A stretch of DNA of 64,000 bases from contig JAJFUQ010000066.1 in assembly GCA_021372355.1 (NCBI GenBank), positions 962 through 64,961 of the forward strand, written 5' to 3'. This document shows positions 58,594 to 64,000 of this stretch, in pieces. The stretch is from Nocardiaceae bacterium (GTDB lineage: Bacteria; Actinomycetota; Actinomycetes; Mycobacteriales; Mycobacteriaceae). A model generated the notes under the pieces. The model ran no database searches. It was not told the origin of the DNA and was given only the letters and a program-made list of their open reading frames with translations. Both the position numbers and the translations under genes were made by a program. Numbering within the stretch: the stretch's first letter is position 1; each line of letters begins with the position of its first letter.

Positions 58594-60371
58594 CGGGGCT
58601 CCGGGGCGCTGAGTTCGAATCGCGTGCGGTCTGCCAGATGCTGGTTCTCGAGCATCAGGTCGGAGATATCCGCGAGATTGAACGGGGCGGGCAAGAGAAG
58701 TTCGGTGTTGCGGTCGAGCGGAGAACCGCGTCGCATGAGCGGTGTCTCCGCCCAGTCGTTCGACGACAGTTCTCGGCTCTGGCCCGCGAGGTCGAGGAAG
58801 CTTCCGCTCGAACCTGGCTGCGCCGGGCCGGCGTGATCGACGACCATCGTGAAGATCGACATCGTGCCGTCCTGATTGTCGACGAGTTCGACAGTCTGTT
58901 GCTGCTGCGGGAAGTCGATGCAGGACGCCGTCGTGATCTCCCAGAATCCATGGTCCTTCGTGGTGTGGGCGAGGATCTGGTTGAGGTGCGTGTGCCCGTT
59001 GAGCCACGCGACGACATTGGGGTACTTCAGCAGCAGGTCGATCAGCTCGCCGGCATTGTGCAGTTTCTCGGTGCTTCCCGGACGAAGGGCCTGGTTTTCC
59101 AAAGTGAAGCTGTTGTGGTGCGAGAAGATCAGCACCAGGCGCTTCTCCCTCTGCGCAGTCTCGAGTTCGGACTTGAGCCACTGGAATTGATCATCGGGAA
59201 CGGCGCCGTCCGGTCCGGCGACCGCGTTGCAGGTGTCCAGGCCAAGTCCCCGCACCCACGGGTTGAGGTCCGCCTTCCACCACGTTTCGCCGCTGTCGAG
59301 GTTGTGCTGGGTGAAGCCGTGGCCGATCGGTCCGGGGTGCGTCTGAGTGCGGAAGTGCTCGGACATGAACTCCTGCGGTTCGAGCAGATGGCGTGCCGGG
59401 TCGGCCGTGACCTGCCGGAACCCGGAACGGCTGCCGCTCTGAACAGAGAGCGCGTCGACGCCTCGTTGGAGTGCACTGTTCGTCGCACCGTAGCCGGCGA
59501 GCGCGGAGGATGCGGTCGCCTCCATCGTGAAGGCCTTCTGATCGCCGAGCGCGAGAGACCGCAATTGCGCACTGATATCGAACGTGCCGAAGAAGAGCGT
59601 GTCGTGGTTGCCATAGACGGCGTACCAGGGCACGGGCAGACCGGGCGACTTCACGGGCCGGCTGATCGCCTGTTGCAGGAGGTTCGGTAGTCGCGGGAAT
59701 CCGTATTCGCCAAACGAACCGCCCTCAGGATTTCCCGGGCGGTAGAACCATGGCGCGTCCGACCAGGCCTGGACGCCTTCATAGCGATCTCGGGAACCAC
59801 TGTTCGGCGTTATTTCGAGGCCATCGAGTATGTCGATATACCAGCGCAATTCGAGGTGCGAATGCATGTCCGCGCTGTCGCCGGTGACGATCGCGGCACC
59901 CATCGGCGCGCCCGTCACGAGGCTGTACCGCAAGTCCTGAAAGGACGTCGTAGTGGCCGCGGCGACATGAACGGTCAGGGTGTCCTGCGGCCGGAAGGCA
60001 CCGGCCCACGTCGAGTGATTCTGGACGATCATCGGCTCGATGCGCGCGGGCGACTGTGCGTCGATGAGGTGCATGTCCAACAGGTGCCCCAAGTACAGCA
60101 AGCTGCGCCGACGGGTCGTTCGAGCCGGGTCCGGCTTGCGCCGGAGGACGTCGAGCCGGGGGACGAAAGCTTCGCCGGGTCCGCTGACGAGTGTGCGGTA
60201 CTTCCGGTTGCCCTTCGTGGCCTGCAGGATGGTCTGCGTCAGCGTGCTCGGGACGTCCGGCAACGCGGGCGCGGCCGCGAGTCGACCTGCGAGGAACGTG
60301 GCATCGAGCCCGGTCAGGGAGGCTAGTGCGGCTGTCCGGGCGAGGAACTGCCTCCGTGAAAGTCCGCTCAC
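58590..60371 (-). CDS. Tat-exported calcineurin-like metallophosphoesterase (TIGR03767/PPA1498-like)
   Basis: SRRQFL Tat motif, then DMH, TGDSAD, GNHD, SHH and NGHTH metal-binding motifs. Confidence 0.85.
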   Translation of the reverse strand: MSGLSRRQFLARTAALASLTGLDATFLAGRLAAAPALPDVPSTLTQTILQATKGNRKYRTLVSGPGEAFVPRLDVLRRKPDPARTTRRRSLLYLGHLLDMHLIDAQSPARIEPMIVQNHSTWAGAFRPQDTLTVHVAAATTTSFQDLRYSLVTGAPMGAAIVTGDSADMHSHLELRWYIDILDGLEITPNSGSRDRYEGVQAWSDAPWFYRPGNPEGGSFGEYGFPRLPNLLQQAISRPVKSPGLPVPWYAVYGNHDTLFFGTFDISAQLRSLALGDQKAFTMEATASSALAGYGATNSALQRGVDALSVQSGSRSGFRQVTADPARHLLEPQEFMSEHFRTQTHPGPIGHGFTQHNLDSGETWWKADLNPWVRGLGLDTCNAVAGPDGAVPDDQFQWLKSELETAQREKRLVLIFSHHNSFTLENQALRPGSTEKLHNAGELIDLLLKYPNVVAWLNGHTHLNQILAHTTKDHGFWEITTASCIDFPQQQQTVELVDNQDGTMSIFTMVVDHAGPAQPGSSGSFLDLAGQSRELSSNDWAETPLMRRGSPLDRNTELLLPAPFNLADISDLMLENQHLADRTRFELSAPEPR

Positions 60372-61060
60372 ATGTCCTCGATTCTGTTTCGGAGTCCATT
60401 TGCCTCGACACGGGCTGAGTCGATCTCGGCGTCGCTCAGCCCGCACAATCGCAGGCACGAAGTCGCGATCGCGATCGAATCCCGATCGTCGGGGTCGCGG
60501 TCCCGACGAATCTGGATGACCACCTCGGTGAGTTGCAGCAGCAGTTCGCCGAGGCGAGTCTCGTTGATGACATCGCGGACGTTGGCGTGGGCCGCACGTT
60601 GGCCGAGCCGTCCGTAGGCGGACTGCAGACGTTGCCGTTGCATGCGGAACTGCTCGTACGGCTCGCGCTGAACTTCGGGGAGAAGGTAGAGCGTGCCGAT
60701 GTTGTACGGGGTGGCGGCCAAGGTGAGCACGTCGACGGTGGCCAGGCAGAACAGAGCGGCCGCCGGGCTGGCGCCGTCGGCGACGAACTGTTCGATCCGT
60801 TGCGCTGCATCGAGGCTCGGCATCACCGATGTCGACAACAGTTCGATGAGCAACTCGTCCTTGTTCGCGAAGTGGTAGTAGAGCGAAGCCTGGCGAATTC
60901 CGACCTTCTCCGCGATCGTCCGCGTCGACGTCGCAGCGAACCCGTTCAGGGCGAACAGGGCCGCTGCGGCGTCGAGAATCTCCTCGCGTGGGGACGCATC
61001 ACCGCTCGTCTCCGAATGGCGGGGTCGTCCCTGCCGGGGGCGCGGTGGCATGCGAATCAT
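60368..61060 (-). CDS. TetR-family regulator, AmtR-like
   Basis: QGRPR...SPREEILDAAAALF..GFAATSTRTIAEKVGIRQASLYYHF HTH, directly downstream of atzF and uca. Confidence 0.85.
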   Translation of the reverse strand: MIRMPPRPRQGRPRHSETSGDASPREEILDAAAALFALNGFAATSTRTIAEKVGIRQASLYYHFANKDELLIELLSTSVMPSLDAAQRIEQFVADGASPAAALFCLATVDVLTLAATPYNIGTLYLLPEVQREPYEQFRMQRQRLQSAYGRLGQRAAHANVRDVINETRLGELLLQLTEVVIQIRRDRDPDDRDSIAIATSCLRLCGLSDAEIDSARVEANGLRNRIEDM

Positions 61061-61074
61061 CGTCGCACGCCGCG

Positions 61075-62739
61075 CTATACGTTTGCGGGCTCCCGCTCCG
61101 GCGTGGTCGTCGGCGAGGCGGACGCGAGAAATGCACGCCAACCACCGAACTGGCTGATGTCCGGAGCGCCCTCGAGCGCGACCGGTTCGGCGAGGAATCC
61201 GCTGACCATCGAGCCGTCCTGGAGTCGCACCGAGCCGATGACCATCGGGCCTGGAATCGCGGCGACGAAGGTGCCGAAACCGGTCGCGGGCAACCGCCAC
61301 ACTTCGCCCTTGATACGGGTCCCGTCGGATTCCACCCTGCGGAGTCCAGGCTTCGGCGGCACGGTGTCGAGGGCGTGCAGCCGGTACTCGGGTGCGGTCT
61401 CCGTCGCGGTCACCAAGGTGCCGCCGGCTTGGACGAGTTGCCAGTTGAGCGGCTGTCCGGACAGATGCGCGCCGACGACGAAGATCTCGAGCTGCGGGTT
61501 CAGGAATCGCTGGGCGAGCTCGGCGAGCCGGCGGTCTGCGAACGCCGGACCCGTCAGCATCACCCCGAACGGCGTGCCGTTGACCATCCCGGCGGGAATC
61601 GCAATGGCGGACTTGTCGAGCAGATTCGCGAAGTTCGTGAACCGGCCCATCCGCGAGTTCGCGCCGACCGGGTCAGCGGCGACCTCATCGAGCGTCGGAT
61701 GCCAGGTTGTCGTCGGCGTCAGGAGTGCCGCGCAGTCCTTGAGCAGTTCGTCGCCAGCAGCGCCGAGTCCGGCCAGGCGTGCAGTATCGGCTGCCCACTC
61801 GGCTGCGGTCTTGTCCTTGCCCGCGAGGATGATCGACGCGACGGTGGGGTCGAGGTCGCTCGCGTGCTGTTCGATGTGTTCGCCGACGGCGGCGTACCGC
61901 TCAGCGACGAACGCACCCTCATAGAGCAGCTTTGCGGCGTCGAGAAGGGGAGTGATGTCGACCTCGACGATCTCCGCGCCGGCGTTGGCGAACCTGTCGA
62001 CCGCATTGCCGAATGCTTCCTTCCAGCCCGGCGCCAGCCCGTCGAGGTGATCGGGCGTCGGCACGGCAATGCGCGGACGACGGGGTAGGGACGGGCGCTC
62101 GACCGCTGGACGAGACAGCGGATCTGCAGCGTCCGGACCCTCCATGATCTCCGCGACCGCTCGGGCAAGTCCCAGGTCGCGGGCGAAAACCGTGACGCAG
62201 TCCTGCGTGTAGCACGCGGGCACGACGCCGGTGATCGGCACGAGCCCCTTCGTCGGCTTGACTCCGACGATGCCGTTGAGCGCAGCCGGTACCCGGCCGG
62301 AACCAGCGGTGTCGGTGCCGAGCGCGAAGTCGACCATCCCCAACGCGACCGCGACCGCCGAACCGGACGACGAACCGCCCGAGATGCGGTCCGGCGCCCA
62401 CGCGTTGCGCACTGCACCGAACGGACTGCGCGTTCCGACCAGACCGGTCGCGAACTGATCCATGTTCGTCTTGCCGACGACGACGGCACCCGCGGCCCGC
62501 AACCTCGCTACCGCCGTCGCGTCGGCTGTCGGCATGTATGTGTACGTCGGCGCGGCGGCCGTCGTGGGGAGTCCCTCGACGTCGATGTTGTCCTTGACCG
62601 CGAACAGCAACCCGGCCAGCGGGAGCGTCGGATCGACGGCGGCAACCTCGGCGAGAACGTCATCCCGGGAACGAAGTTCGATCCACACTTCCGGACGATC
62701 CGCGGCCGCGATGCGGTCAAACGTTTGCTCTGGCGTCAT
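61075..62739 (-). CDS. atzF: Allophanate hydrolase
   Basis: Amidase signature FAVKDNID, GKTNMDQFATG, SGGSSSGSAVAV and GTDTAGSGRVPA, plus a C-terminal domain (VVGAHLSG). Could start at 62814 with a 25-aa extension. Confidence 0.93.
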   Translation of the reverse strand: MTPEQTFDRIAAADRPEVWIELRSRDDVLAEVAAVDPTLPLAGLLFAVKDNIDVEGLPTTAAAPTYTYMPTADATAVARLRAAGAVVVGKTNMDQFATGLVGTRSPFGAVRNAWAPDRISGGSSSGSAVAVALGMVDFALGTDTAGSGRVPAALNGIVGVKPTKGLVPITGVVPACYTQDCVTVFARDLGLARAVAEIMEGPDAADPLSRPAVERPSLPRRPRIAVPTPDHLDGLAPGWKEAFGNAVDRFANAGAEIVEVDITPLLDAAKLLYEGAFVAERYAAVGEHIEQHASDLDPTVASIILAGKDKTAAEWAADTARLAGLGAAGDELLKDCAALLTPTTTWHPTLDEVAADPVGANSRMGRFTNFANLLDKSAIAIPAGMVNGTPFGVMLTGPAFADRRLAELAQRFLNPQLEIFVVGAHLSGQPLNWQLVQAGGTLVTATETAPEYRLHALDTVPPKPGLRRVESDGTRIKGEVWRLPATGFGTFVAAIPGPMVIGSVRLQDGSMVSGFLAEPVALEGAPDISQFGGWRAFLASASPTTTPEREPANV

Positions 62740-62824
62740 GCGCGCACCGTCCTCAGTCCGCTCCTCGCTGCGTTCCTCGCTGCGATGCTCCCTCGTCCTC
62801 CTTGCGCGGGTCATGCGCGCACCG
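62735..62824 (-). repeat. MIRU-like 75-bp intergenic unit flanked by a 15-bp direct repeat at the uca/atzF ATGA junction
   Basis: GTCATGCGCGCACCG occurs at 62735-62749 and 62810-62824. The minus strand between them reads ATGACCCGCGCAAGGAGGACGAGGGAGCATCGCAGCGAGGAACGCAGCGAGGAGCGGACTGAGGA. Confidence 0.7.
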
Positions 62825-64000
62825 CCGCGAGAACCTGGCCCGGCGCAACCTGCTCGCCTGGCTTCACGTAGATCTCGAGCAGTTTTCCGGCAACCGGTGC
62901 CGGCACCCGGGACTCCATCTTCATCGCCTCCAGGGAAAGGATCGGATCGCCTTCATCGAGCGCGACGCCGACCGATGCGTTGAGTTGCCACACCGTGGCA
63001 GTGAACGGAGCAGTCACCGGGATCGCTCCCTCCGGTATCGAGACTGATTCTGCCGCAACCGGTTCCGGGTCGTCACGACGGTCGAACTCACCGGCCGCCG
63101 CCCAGCGCCGCTTCTCGGCCTCGAATGCCGCCGACTGCTTGGTGCGGAATTCCGCGATCGAGTCCGAGTTGTCGCGCAGGAATGCGTTGTACTCGGCGAG
63201 CGAGAAGGTGCCTTCCTTCGTCTCGAAATCACCGCGTCCCGCATCGGTTTCGGCACGCAGTTCGAGTAGTTCGTCCGCGGTGACGGGATACCACTCGATG
63301 CGGTCGAAGAACCGCAGCGCCCAGGGGTTGTCCTGGAACAGTCCGCCGCGCCGGAAGCGGTTCCAGATCTGGACGGTCCGGCCGACGAACTGGTAGCCGC
63401 CGGGGCCTTCCATGCCGTAGATGCACAGGTACGCGCCGCCGATGCCGACCGAGTTCTCCGCGGTCCACGTGCGGGCCGGGTTGTACTTCGTCGTGACGAG
63501 GCGGTGGCGCGGGTCCAACGGCGTGGCGACCGGCGCGCCGAGGTACACGTCGCCGAGACCGAGCACGAGGTACGAGGCGTCGAAGACGGTTTTGTAGACG
63601 TCGTCGACGCTGTCGAGCCCGTTGATCCGGCGGATGAATTCGATGTTCCACGGGCACCACGGGGCGTCGTCGCGGACACCGGCCATGTACCGCTCGATCG
63701 CCAGTCGCGTCGCCGGGTCGTCCCAGCTCAGCGGCAGTCGAACGGTGCGCGACGGCACGACGAGCTCGTTTGTGGCCGGGACCTCGGCCTCGAGTTCGGC
63801 GAGCATCTCGCACAGCTTTCGCGGCGACAGCACGTCGGGATCGGTGTGGATCTGCAGCGACCGAATTCCCGGCGTCACGTCGATGATTCCGCGCGGTGCG
63901 TGTTCGGCAAGCGCTGTCTGCAGCGCGTGGATGCGCATGCGGAGACCCAGGTCGAGCTCGAGCGGACCGTATTCGACCAGGAGGTTCTCGTCGCCTGCGC
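62811..64000 (-). CDS. uca: Urea carboxylase (urea/guanidine carboxylase), C-terminal part; 5' end outside the window
   Basis: [53 protein letters not shown] and the biotinyl motif EAMKME. Confidence 0.93.
   Translation of the reverse strand, partial: AGDENLLVEYGPLELDLGLRMRIHALQTALAEHAPRGIIDVTPGIRSLQIHTDPDVLSPRKLCEMLAELEAEVPATNELVVPSRTVRLPLSWDDPATRLAIERYMAGVRDDAPWCPWNIEFIRRINGLDSVDDVYKTVFDASYLVLGLGDVYLGAPVATPLDPRHRLVTTKYNPARTWTAENSVGIGGAYLCIYGMEGPGGYQFVGRTVQIWNRFRRGGLFQDNPWALRFFDRIEWYPVTADELLELRAETDAGRGDFETKEGTFSLAEYNAFLRDNSDSIAEFRTKQSAAFEAEKRRWAAAGEFDRRDDPEPVAAESVSIPEGAIPVTAPFTATVWQLNASVGVALDEGDPILSLEAMKMESRVPAPVAGKLLEIYVKPGEQVAPGQVLAAVRA

Overview
High-GC actinobacterial chromosome segment. 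Gene order and sequence point to Mycobacteriales, probably Nocardiaceae-like (inference). From left to right: (1) a carotenoid/isoprenoid region with a partial IdsA2/CrtE-type polyprenyl synthase, metF, and a tightly coupled minus-strand run GNAT-CrtO/CrtI-like oxidoreductase-CruF-like protein-LppM-GT2. (2) SAV_6107-type HEPN and DUF3040 genes. (3) A complete, intact dcw cluster from mraZ to divIVA/wag31, with MraZ boxes and the mraW RNA motif. (4) ileS with a translational T-box. (5) dinB, three lipoproteins, lspA-rluA-rarD. (6) An accessory block of about 9 kb holding a nonsense-disrupted methyltransferase, a stand-alone MurJ paralog, a nitrilase-family gene, an SRPBCC plus FAD-oxidoreductase pair behind a SigF-like promoter, and a 43-aa-repeat solenoid protein with a small partner. 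(7) dnaE1, tandem SDRs, an FAD oxidoreductase, ilvA, and a YbdK-family ligase. (8) A minus-strand urea carboxylase-atzF-AmtR-like TetR-Tat metallophosphoesterase-lipoprotein operon that runs off the right edge. No rRNA, tRNA, CRISPR array or transposase was recognised. The most unusual items are a ~200-nt structured element between sepF and yggT, the solenoid/partner pair, a MIRU-like 75-bp unit duplicating the uca/atzF ATGA junction, a heptad-repeat expansion in Wag31, and a Tudor-like tail on DinB. All calls come from reading the sequence; no database search was run.
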